From Octopus bimaculoides (taxonomy: Eukaryota), in NCBI RefSeq assembly GCF_001194135.2, contig NC_068981.1, positions 136,292,752-136,356,751 on the forward strand: DNA of 64,000 bases. Reading direction: 5' to 3'. The notes under the pieces were generated by a model. It saw nothing but the letters and a program-made list of their open reading frames with translations, ran no database searches and had not been told where the DNA came from. A program made the position numbers and the translations under genes. Positions 1 to 10,930 of the stretch are shown one piece after another (positions within the stretch are counted from its first letter, which is position 1; each line of letters starts with the position of its first letter).

Positions 1-1779
1 TTAAATATGAATTTTTAATAATTTGAGGTCCAGTGACTTAATGCCGGACAAGTGGTCACTTGAAAATAGTTATCCATTACTTAATTCTAGCTTTACTAAG
101 TGAGGATTCTCAGTTAAATATATATATATTGTTTCTTATCTCTGAAATGAATGAGAAGCTGTAGAAAAAGCATTCAACTGTGAGAATATTGCTGACAGGT
201 GGGTGAGATATTACAATTGTTCATTTGACATTTTAAAATATTAAAGTCTACTTAAATTGATTATATTCTGAAAATATTTAGCTTTTAATTAAACAAATGA
301 ATACAGTATACTTTGATTCCATTTAAATGCTGTTCTCTTCTGAAGTAGCAAGGAATACAGAAATATGTTTAGGAGAATTTTCTTTTTTCTTTAATGAAAA
401 ATGATTTAGTTGAAAATTATGAAATTCTGTTCAGTTATAAAGATTCTCTATTGCATTTTCCATTGTTAACAATCACAACAGAGTTAATTCGAAGATATTT
501 AATTTAGTCTAAAAATGTCATTTTCCTTAGAACAGATTTTTCATTATTTGATTGCTTCTATAAAAAAAAAAAAACTCAAAAAAGCACCGTAAATATTTTC
601 TATTTTTTTCAAATTTTTGTATTTAATAGCTTAAAATAAAATGCTTCTAGTTTATTGAATTATCACATTTTCTCTGACACTTTAGATCATTCTAAAGTTG
701 CTAATTATCTATGAAAAGAAATGGAGAATCGGAAGAAGGAAGTCACTTGCTAATATCTTTCCTAGAAATCAAGTAAATCTTTTGAGGTTTAAGCAACGTA
801 TTAAATTTTTAATATGAGAAACTTATCACCCAAAATGTGATGGGTGAAGCAAGAGGGTTGTAGTTGCAGACTTGGTGGGCTTATTTATGAAATTGGTAGG
901 GATTATATTAGTGCCAGAACAAATACTGGAAAATATTTTTTCCAATGATCTAATGATTCTGCCTAACATGTTAACTGCCTCATGTACCACCAGTAGTTTA
1001 TTTCAAACTTCATGAAACTGCCACATGCATCACTCGTGGTACATTTTCATAATTTGGGAAGATATTTTATTGTGTAGCTTTGACATTTTGAGGATATTTT
1101 AAACAACATGAGTGCTAAATATTTTATGAAATATTGTAAAAGTGCAAAGAAAGAAAAAATGGTGCATGAAATATGTGGCATCACCAGTAAGTTCCAGTAC
1201 AGACCCTGTTAATGTATTAAAATATTATTTCTACAGCTTTCACAGTCGATCTGAGTAAGCTGCTGTGGTCACTTGACCTGTCAGATATAGAAGCCAAAGC
1301 TCTTTCAAATCAAGTCCTACTTAAATGCAAGGGTATGTAACACAGCTTAGCTAATCCTAAAAACACACAGACTGGTGATGACTGGACTAGTGTTTCTCAC
1401 ATTCCCCTCCTTCTCTCGTGTTCACTTAAAGCTTGTTTGTACAGATTTTATCCTACAATCCACTAGGACGTTGACCCTCGTTAAATACTTACGTTCTATG
1501 TATTTAGTTACCTTAGTGACGTTTGTGTCGCGTTTGTAGGCAGGATGCCTATAATTATAAAGGACTGTCAGATTAGTATTAGAAATGAAAAGAAGTGACA
1601 GTTAATTGAATCATGAACTTATACCATGATCTCATTCTTACGCCTACTCACTGCTTTCTATATTAATTCTCTTTCATTAGTTTAAATCCTACCAAGGGTT
1701 GCTTTTTGTTCTTCCAGGATCAATAAAATTAGTAGACTGAATACTGTAGTTGATTTGAATGACTGATCATCATAATCTT

Positions 1780-2155
1780 AGTGTTTACTTTTTTCATGCT
1801 TGCATTAGTCGGGTTAGAATTGGGGAAGATTTTCTATGACCAGATGCCCTTCCTGTCATCAACTGTCACCTGATTCTAAGCAAGGTAATATTTCTCCACA
1901 GCCACACATGTTTATGCAGAATATTGGAAACAAATATCCATTTACAACAATCATGTGATGACAAAAAAAAAAGACACAAACACTCTAACAAACATTTTGT
2001 GTGTATATATTTGGGCTTTCGGTTTCTTTCTACCAAATCTACTCACAGAGCTTTGGTTAGCAGAAGACACCTGCTCAAAATACCATGCAGTGGGACTGAA
2101 CCTAAAATCATATGGTTGGGAAATAAACTTCCCAACCATACAGCCATACCTGCAC
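1780..2155 (-). mobile_element. Composite SINE remnant
   Basis: Reverse complement of recurrent SINE blocks (gatgcccttcctgt, caaggtaatatt, ctcacagagctttgg, gggactgaacc). Explains the ORFs at 1924-2214. Confidence 0.7.
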
Positions 2156-4057
2156 TTATAAATTTGTGACCTTCCTCTATAAACTTGTATTCTTGTGATT
2201 ATATAAGAAATCAATATTTTGTTTCAGTGTTTTCTGTTTAGTTCTGAGAATTGTAATTTCAATTTACTGGTAATTTTTCTTCACTTTTAGTTTTTTTTTA
2301 AATTTTATATTTGTCATTCCTAAAGGACAGGTTGGAGAATGTAACAAGTATTTACAGTAATTACATTGCATAACCCCATCACTTTCCCTTCCTCAATACT
2401 TACATTGAAATTTTGACATTAATCTCTTTAAGCATGACATTTCTAACAGGACACTTGAAATCTAAAATGAGCTTGTAGAGGCTCTAGGAGAAATTTTTTT
2501 CCCCTAAACGATTTGAAATTTAGTTAATTGATCCCTTTTCAACTACAGCCTTTGTTGTTGGTGTTTTAAGACAACTCATACACTTGAAGTGGAACTTGGT
2601 ATTTTCATAAACTATTAGTTGTATTTTTACAGTTGAAATTTTGTCTAGTTTCCTTAGATTTTCTTACATGAAAAACACTTGATGTCTGTGTCTAGTTCGT
2701 TCATAACTTCTCATTTAAAATTTTTCTATTTAACATCTTTGAGACAAGCATGAACATGACACATTTAGTTTTAGTTATTCTTGTTCAATTCTTTTTGGAT
2801 AGCCACACCTGTCAATTCAGGTTACTAGATTCCAGTTGTTTGACCAGACAACTTGCTGTTTGAAATTAGCATGTGAAGTGACCAATATTCCACTGACACA
2901 TATATTTATGTAATACTCAGGTTGAATCAGTTTGATGGGTATGACCATACTAGAGTTATGAAACCTGGATACTGTTCATCCAGTGGGCTTATGTTTGTTT
3001 CCATCTGCCCAATTTCACTGAAAGTTTGGGCTGACTTGGTAAATGATGGGTTGTCAAAAAAGAATTTTGGGGTTTACTAACTTCATCCTTAATTTTAATT
3101 TTATAGTCAGAGGAAGAATGGCAATACACAGAAGCCATTTAATGGTTATACAAGGAGTTATCCTCAGACTGAAAACCTGACTAGAATGCTTACAACATAG
3201 TGGACTCTGACTGAAGGTATTCAAGGACTGGATGTCTGTTAAACCCACCACCAAAGATTAAGATCTCTGAACAAGAATGGTTCTCTCCAGTATGCTTCCA
3301 AACCGTTTCCATCTAACAAATTTCATTCTGTAGTTTAAAAATGAACTTCATAACCACTATCTTTTGATATGAAAAATGTTTTTAAACATTGCTTTCTAAA
3401 CATTTAAATATGTACTCTGTTCTTGTGTACTTTCCCACTCTCTTGCCCTTGTAAAGTTTTAGCTTTGTTGATAATTATCTAAATAAAACTAACCTTTCAA
3501 GAGTTATTTTATCTCCTGAAATAACTTAATAGATAATCTAAGAACTGTTTAGAATGATGTTTTGGTATGTTCTCAAACTGGATTGTATTTTTTTTTTCAG
3601 TACTTCAAAAATATTAGTTTCTTTTGATAGCAGAGTTGTTAATGCTATAGTAGAGAATGTAAGCTCCCCCCCTTTTTTTTTTCTTTTTCTTTGCAATGTT
3701 TCAGTGGCATTCAGCTATTATTAGCGTTAACAGCTAAGACTCCAATTGCTAACTGGACTGAGCTTGTTTTCCCTTAATATATAAACTCTACTAAAATTCA
3801 TAGGCAGCTTTTTTTTCTCTTTAAAAGTGAACTGTTAAAAAGAAAATGTGGTGGGGGGGGGGGATAATTTATAAATATGAAGCTGGCCAACATTTGTTGG
3901 AAAATTACAATGATATTATTATAACTATGACCTTCTATCTAGCATAAAACAATTATAAGAAAACAGTTTGGTATTTTAAAGGTCTGGTAATTTTATATTA
4001 GTGCTTTACATTAACGACACTTAATACTGTAGATGTAACTATAATGTTGCTGTGAGT

Positions 4058-4059
<2 letters not shown>

Positions 4060-4126
<67 letters not shown>
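4060..4126. repeat. (AT)n microsatellite
   Basis: Direct reading. Similar tracts at ~16947, 17232, 21718, 62399. Confidence 0.95.
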
Positions 4127-4128
<2 letters not shown>

Positions 4129-4817
4129 TGCCAAATGTGTTATTGAGTACTATTACAAGAATAGATTGGCCTATGTCTGACATTATCAGCATCCAATTTA
4201 ATATAATAAGATCAGAATGCTTTATTCTTATCAAACACTTTAAATGGTTTTTGTATATTGGTTTGTTGTAGAAACATTTTCAAATTCTAAGATATCTTCA
4301 TTTTCCCCTCCTCCTCTTCCTTATGAACGTTTTTTTTCTTCCTTGTTTTGCGCTCCATCCAAGTAATACCTTTTGTGTTTATGGCAGCAGATATTAGAAA
4401 TGTCATTTGTCTAGCATGTATTTGGCTGACTTTTGACTCTTGGAATAAAAGCAAAACAATACTACACAAATCAGCACTCTGAATATCTTATTTAGATTTC
4501 CTGCACTTCATGGTTGCCAGAAAAGCAAAGGAAAAAACTCACTATCCATTACAGTATCACTGTTTTATTCAATTTTTTTTGGAACTTTTTCCAATCTTGG
4601 AGAAGTTAGAAGTGTTAAAAATTGTTTGTGCTTGTGTTTACTTTTGCTGTTTAACTACTTGCATCAGTTACTTCAGAACAAAGAATTTAAGTAATGCATG
4701 ATGCTCTAACAACTGTGCAAGCTATTTTTTTTCCATCAGTGATGAACACATTCTCATACCCATTTTTTAATCTTTTAGTCCCTTTTATGAAGAACTCCCT
4801 CTTATAGAATGTGTGAA

Positions 4818-5095
4818 GGCATGTGGCTTGGTGGTTACAATGTTGCACTCATGATTGTGAGGTTGTGGTTTCAATTCTCAGACTAGGCAGTGCATTGTGT
4901 TCTTGAACAAAACAATTTATTTCATGTTGCTCTGCAATCACTTTGACATTTGATGTGTTGTGCACCTGTACAAGCAATATCAATTTGATGGAGAAAGTGA
5001 GCTAATATATATCACAAACATTTGATGTATATAAACAAAAGTATCTGTGCAGGTTGTTCAGCAACTAATTGTGGAACTCTCCTCTGTTTATGACA
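4818..5095 (+). mobile_element. Degenerate tRNA-derived SINE
   Basis: tRNA-like head ggcatgtggcttggtggttac...ggtttcaattctcagac and catgttgctc block shared with the copies at 9146 and 58026. Confidence 0.7.
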
Positions 5096-5139
5096 GTCCG
5101 CTATATATATATATATAAATTTTTATAAGGGAAAGGTTG

Positions 5140-5180
5140 ACAGTGACGAAGTTTCAGTCTGCTTGTCTTCATCAGACTGT
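5140..5180 (-). ncRNA. Minimal type I hammerhead ribozyme motif (Penelope-like element type)
   Basis: The - strand reads ACAGU CUGAUGA AGACAAGCAGACU GAAAC UUC GUC ACUGU. Complete catalytic core, 5-bp stem I, short stems II and III, GUC cleavage triplet (C = + position 5145). Confidence 0.65.
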
Positions 5181-5745
5181 GCTTTCTTAGGTTTTGTTTG
5201 GCTTTGTATTAGTCTTTCAAGTTTTCTTTTTTGGTCTTCCAAACCTGAGTAAAATAGTTTCATGATGATCAGCAGGCCAAAACTTAAGTCACTGTCAGCT
5301 TTTTTTACTTGTAAAAGTAAATGTGTTCTAGTAAAAAATCCTGAATAGTCCTTTAGTTTACTGTTAAATTTTGTTTTTGCTTCAAGTTACGCAGAAAAAC
5401 AATTCAGTACATGTGCACACATGCTTAAACACAGAATGATGTATTGGCAGAATCATTAATGCTAGGTAAATTACTCTATGGTATTTGTTCCTGCTCTTTA
5501 TGCTCAGTGTTCAAATACCACCAAGGGTGATAAAAACCAAGTACCTGTTGAGTACTAGTATTGATATAATTGACTGTTAGATCTATGCCAACCTGCACTA
5601 GCTCAGCATGTTAGTGAGATCAAAGTTAAATCTTATAATTTAAAATCATTTACCTTTGGCCACACCAGCTCTCATTTTTTAGAATTTCAAACTGGTTTAC
5701 AGTAATCAATGTGAAAATTTACTGAAAGTAGAATAAATAAATACA

Positions 5746-6160
5746 GGCGCAGGAGTGGCTTTGTGGTAAGTAGCTTGCTTACCAACCACATGGTTCCGGG
5801 TTTAGTCCCACTGCGTGGCAGCTTGGGCAAGTGTCTTCTATAGCCTCGGGCTGACCAAAGCCTTGTGAGTGGATTTGGTAGACGGAATCTGGAAGAAGCT
5901 AGTATGTGTATGTATGTATGTATATATATGTGTGTGTGTGTGTGTATATGTTTGTGTTGTGTTGTGTTGTGTGTGTTTATCCCCCACCATTGTTTGACAA
6001 CCGGTCTGTTTATATCCCTATAACTTAGCAGTTCAGTAAAAGAGAGTGATAGGATTAGTACTAGGCTTACAAAAAATAAGTCCTGGGGTCAATTTGTTTG
6101 ACTAAAGGTGGTGCTCCAGCATGGCCACAGTCAAATGACTGAAACAAATAAGAATAAAAA
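5746..6160 (+). mobile_element. Full-length tRNA-derived SINE (major octopus family) with internal (TA/TG)n tract
   Basis: tRNA-like head with A/B boxes (ggcgcaggagtggctttgtggtaagtagc...ggttccgggtttagtccc), central body, and tail gactgaaacaaataagaata. Many diverged copies elsewhere in the window. Confidence 0.9.
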
Positions 6161-7227
6161 AATTTCACTTTCTGTGAAAAGTAAGTCTAAGGAAATGTGT
6201 TAGATATTTACATAAGTGATGGATGTATTGATAAAATATCTCGTTAATGGCAATAGTGACTATACTGATTCACTGTTACTTCACCATTTTCTACTGCATT
6301 TAATCATTATAATGATTTTTGCCAGTTAGGAATTTTGAAACAATATGACAGTCTGAGATGTCTATTGATTTTCTTTTTTTGTTTTTAATTTTTAATTATT
6401 TTTCCTGATAATGTTGGTGTGAATGACATAGTTTGTGACTGTTTGGGATCATAAAATGGCATTTGAAATATGCTGTAGTAGCATTACAAATAAGTACTCC
6501 TTGTCAATAAAAATAAATAAACAATATTCTATAACCAATTTGTTTAAGTAAATAATATTTCTAATTTTGTTTCTAAATTAATGTTAGAAAACTTCATTTT
6601 GTTAAGGGAGAGGATGTATCCGAATTGAAATATAAATGTTTGATCATACAAACTAGATGTGATGAATCTCAAACTACCCTCTTGATCACAAAAAGCTAAA
6701 CAACTAAACCTCTTTGTTAGCAGAGCCTGCATGTATGGTTTCAATTGATATTAATACCAGCAAAGAAGGTGATCATTCACGACACGTCCAGTTAGTCCTA
6801 TATATAAATGCAAAGTCTCCTGTTCAATTATAGTAAATTGTTAGCTAACATGTATTAAATGAATGATGTGAGTGGGTGAGTAGTTTCCAACATTCTCTGA
6901 TTACTTCCATTTTTGTGTTTATGTAAGTATATTTATGGATAATTAACATAATTGTTTCATTGAAAATATCAGTAATAGAACAATGATTTGGATATTTTGT
7001 TTTTTTGCCATTTTGAAATTTTATTTTTCATTTTTATGAATTAATCTCGATAAAATAATTAGATCATTCATTTCTATGAGTAATTGGAAATGGATGTAGC
7101 ATTTATTTTTTTTTAATGTTAACAATCTTCATTTTCATTTTTGAAACCTAGATTACAATAATAGCTGTTTCTCTTTATATAATTCAAGGTAAATAATGAA
7201 TTTGTTGTGCAATAAGATGCATGCATA

Positions 7228-7560
7228 CATGGCTGTGTGATTGAGATTCACTTTATAGCCCTATACTTTTGAGCACATTCCAACCGCATGCACTTATTTA
7301 AGCAACGGTCTTCTACTCAAGCTCTGGTCCAAACAAAGCTTTGTGTGTGGATTTGATAGATGGAAACTGAGAGAAGCTTTGTGTGTGTCTCCTCATCTTG
7401 GCATTGTGCTAATTGTACACAAAATGACCATCACAAAATGTTATTTGTTTGCAATCTTCTGTGAAAACATGTCTGTCCACTCAGCTGTTCATGTCTGAAG
7501 AACTTCAAGAAATATTACCTGCTTGGCAGCATGAAAACTATCCAGGTGTAGAAAAATCTG
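7228..7560 (+). mobile_element. Degenerate SINE
   Basis: tggctgtgtgattgag head and aaagctttgtgtgtggatttgatagatggaaactga block shared with 5746-6160. Confidence 0.65.
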
Positions 7561-8055
7561 CCTCAACAAATTTCATTTAAATTATGCAAACATTTAAAAG
7601 TGGAATGAATAAAATACTCTGTACTAGTCGCATCCAATTTCTTTTGGCCATATCTACCTATAATGTACTTAACAAAAAATAACGCTTATCCACTATAAGG
7701 AATGAGACTTGCAGGTGTCTAGAGAAATCACCAGTGTAGTTATTTGGCATTAGTTGTAGGGAAAGCAAAAACGATGTGATGTTAGTACTAAAGTGTTGAT
7801 TATAATGCTGAAAATTTATACATCCTTCTGTAGATATGCATTTTCTTAATGTAATGTAAGGAAGATGACATTTATATCCAATTGTCTTGATACAAGCATT
7901 TGTTTCTTTGCATGATCATGTCCTTAACATATGAGCAACAATGCTTGTGAAAATTCATGTGATAATTGATGTGAATGAATATCCAAATTTGCAAGAAACC
8001 ATACCTTCCTTCCAGCTTGATGAACAGACAACAGGCACTAACTGATTTAATTATT

Positions 8056-8230
8056 GGAGAGGAGGGAGTACCAGTGACCTCTTTTGCAAAGCACCCATGA
8101 TCTGCTGCAGGAGAGGGAGGGAGGAAATGCAAGTGACCATTTTGCAGACCACCCAAGATCCAGTGAAGGGGAGGGAGTGCTTGTAGATTATTTTTTTCCT
8201 TTTAGTAAAACATCCAAGATCTGGTGGCAG
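8056..8230 (+). repeat. Degenerate ~55-60 bp tandem repeat, about 3 copies
   Basis: Recurring ggagggag...agtgacc.ttttgca.a.cacccaagatc. Explains the overlapping ORFs at 7872-8290. Confidence 0.6.
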
Positions 8231-9145
8231 ATGGGAGGAAGATTTTGGTATTCTCAAACTGGTGGGTTAGTTCCGATGCTTTACAATTAAATGAACTCTT
8301 ATAATGGCACCTGAGGTTGGGGTGGTGTCAAACTGATAGATTAGGTTTACTACCCTGCTGAATTAAGTTTCACTTTAGGGTTGATTAGTTTAGATATTAA
8401 TTAGCAAGAGATATTCATCAACATTACACACCTAAAAGTGATCTAATCTTCAATTCTTTGTTTGGCAAAGCTATGATCTATTTGACTATGTGCCAATCTC
8501 ATTCTTGGAATTTATTAAAATTAAAAACAAAATATGCATTTATTAAAGGGGTTTGTTATGAAGGCATTTGACAAATATTTTTTTTAGACAACTGTTTTTA
8601 AATCTCTGGTAAATATTTCATATGGATACAGTTACTGCCTTCGGTTGCATTAATAATAAATGGCACAAACTGTTATATTACGTAGTTAATCAAATAGGAT
8701 AAAATTTCTAACAGTTTCTGTGGTATATTAGACTAAATGAGCTTGATGGATGGCATTTTTTGTAGCACAGAAGTAATTATTGGAAATATCTTTCCCTTTT
8801 TAAAATATTTCAATTCTCTCGCTTTTAAATAAATTATATAACCACATAGTAATGTGACTACAAATATTTGCTTTGCAACTTTGTGGATCCAGCTTTGATA
8901 TACTCTGCAATGCTTTTAGCAAGAGCTTTTCTAATAGTGTTGGATGGTTAACTAATGCCTGGTGGGTGGAATTTGGTAAATGAAAACTGTGCAGAAGGCT
9001 ATTGTTTGCATGTGTGTATACACATAGACATATATGCATTCATTTATGTTTACATTAGATGTAAAACCAGTATTTAGGTTTCTTAGCAATAACTTAGCCA
9101 ACCCATGTCAGCATGGAAAAGTGGATGTAAGAGGATTTTAGTGAT

Positions 9146-9435
9146 GGCATGTGGCTTCATGGTTAGGGTATTTGGCTTATGATCATAAGGTTTTGAGTTC
9201 AATCTTCAAGCAACATGTTGTCTTTGAGCAAGACAGTTTATTTCATGTTGCTCCAGCCCACTCAGCTGGCAAAAATGAGTAGTACTTGTATTTCAAAGGA
9301 TCAGTCTTGTCACACTCTGTGTTATGCTGAATCTCCCTGAGAGCGTACTTTAAGGGTACATGTGTGTATGGAGGGCTCAGCTGTTCTGTTGATCGAATCA
9401 ACTGGAACCCTTGTCATAACTGATGGAATGCCAGT
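9146..9435 (+). mobile_element. Older copy of the SINE family seen at 29935
   Basis: Shares gccttgtcacact...ctgaat.tccc.gaga..tac.ttaagggtaca and gatcaactggaacc blocks with 29935-30291; CpGs decayed. Confidence 0.8.
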
Positions 9436-9680
9436 TATAAACGCATAAATGCACTTATTACGAATTATATTGAGAATGTGGCATTTTAATCCTGCAAAGG
9501 AGGAAATGTACAGTTGATTAGTTTTGACAAATGATACTAAAGGTAAATCTAGCTTCATGTAAAGGATTTTCCATTTTTCTTACTCTTGGTCAGATTTACA
9601 ATGACCCTGAAAGAATCTGAAGAAATTTCCGCTTGCCTCACTTCAAGTCTATTATAAATATTCAATATTCATAACCAAAT

Positions 9681-9784
9681 GTACTGGCTTTGGCTGTACG
9701 TATACTAAAATTGAAATGTTACAGAGATTAGCATGATTCCTGTGCAAGGTTGATGTGTAAATTCGTGATGCATTCCATATTTTT
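9681..9784 (+). pseudogene. U6: Full-length U6 snRNA pseudogene (decayed copy)
   Basis: gtactggctttggctgtacgtatactaaaattgaaatgttacagagattagcatgattcctgtgcaaggttgatgtgtaaattcgtgatgcattccatattttt is colinear with metazoan U6 from the 5' stem-loop to the 3' U-tract. Many CpG-type transitions and a 3-nt deletion next to the ACAGAGA box. Confidence 0.93.
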
Positions 9785-9842
9785 CAATGAGGTGGTGCTC
9801 CAGCATGGCTGCAGCTAAATGACTGAAACAAATAAAAGAATA
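9785..9842 (+). mobile_element. 3' tail of the common octopus SINE, directly abutting the U6 copy
   Basis: ggtggtgctccagcatggctgcagctaaatgactgaaacaaataaaagaata matches the tail of the full SINE at about 6105-6160. Confidence 0.85.
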
Positions 9843-10524
9843 TATATTTCCATTTGTAGCTATGAATGCCAACTGGTGTATTGCTCAGTGAGAGAAATTG
9901 TCAAATGATTAAAATGCAAAGGGAAAAAAATATTTTATGAAGTGAATTTCTAATCTATTTATTCTACAGATGCAAAAGGTTATCTCAACTGATGTAAAGT
10001 TTTGTATTGCAGCAGTGTTGTATATTGTATATATTTTCATACAGCCTTTTCTAATTAAGGATGTAGCACAACTCAGAATAGTTTATTTGCTTGAGTACAA
10101 ATTTCATGGAGGTTACAGGTTGTTCTGTATGGTGTCCCTCATGCTCCCAGATTTACAGTGAAAATTGAAATGTATTTGTCAGTGGTGGTACAGAGCCTTG
10201 ATGACTTTGAAAGCTAACTCTAGGATTCAGTCATGTTGCAGAAGCAGGGGAAAGACTAAGTGATTATGACTGAGTGATTCAAACCAGTGTCTCAATGACT
10301 GGAAGTCACCACATTCTTTAGGGACAGATTGAATAAACATATTTGGTGTTGTAGGAAGTAACCTACATGATTAAATCAGTGTTTTCAACAGTTTGGACTT
10401 GAGGCCATGCTGGTTGTTTTTGCTTATGATTTAAATGAATTACTTACTCATTTTTCAAGCTGTCAAAAAAAAGTAAATATTGGTGGTAGTGATTCCCCTT
10501 TTCTCTCGGGTTTATTACCAACAT

Positions 10525-10745
10525 CTAACTCAATATCAAATTTCAGATTTTGGTACAAGGCTGGTAATTTCAGCGGAAGAGGGCTAGTTGATTACAAGGG
10601 CTCAACTGGTACTTATCTCATTGACCCCTAAAAGGATGTGAAAGGCGAAGTAAACCATGGCAGAATTTGAACTTGGAACATACAGACGAAATGCTGCTCG
10701 GCATTCTCCCTGGTGTGGTAACAATTATTCCAGCTTGTTGCCTTA
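10525..10745 (-). mobile_element. tRNA-derived SINE remnant
   Basis: Reverse-strand B-box-like gagttcaagttcaaattctgcc-type block followed by ggggtcaatgagataagtaccagttgag core. Confidence 0.65.
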
Positions 10746-10769
10746 ATCTAACTTGATATTGGCATTAAA

Positions 10770-10930
10770 TATCAATGTGACGTAAAACAGTATCGGGTTT
10801 CATAAAATAGCTAGCTAGCATGCAAATTTACGAGAGGACATTCAGTTCGCATTCCAGCATTTCATTGTGTGATACGTCAATAAGGAAGTGTTTTGTTGGG
10901 TCAGACTTTCTTTTGTTTTGCATCCGACAA
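10770..10930 (+). promoter_or_regulatory. Possible promoter or enhancer (CpG-retaining patch)
   Basis: Six CpGs in ~160 bp of a CpG-poor window; CRE-like TGACGTAA (10778), octamer ATGCAAAT (10820), Inr-like TCAGTT (10842). Confidence 0.25.

Noticed and set aside
1090-1190. Open frame MSAKYFMKYCKSAKKEKMVHEICGIT before a gtaagt donor
   Set aside because: All frames from the nearest acceptor hit stops, there is no homology, and its phase does not fit exon 31156.
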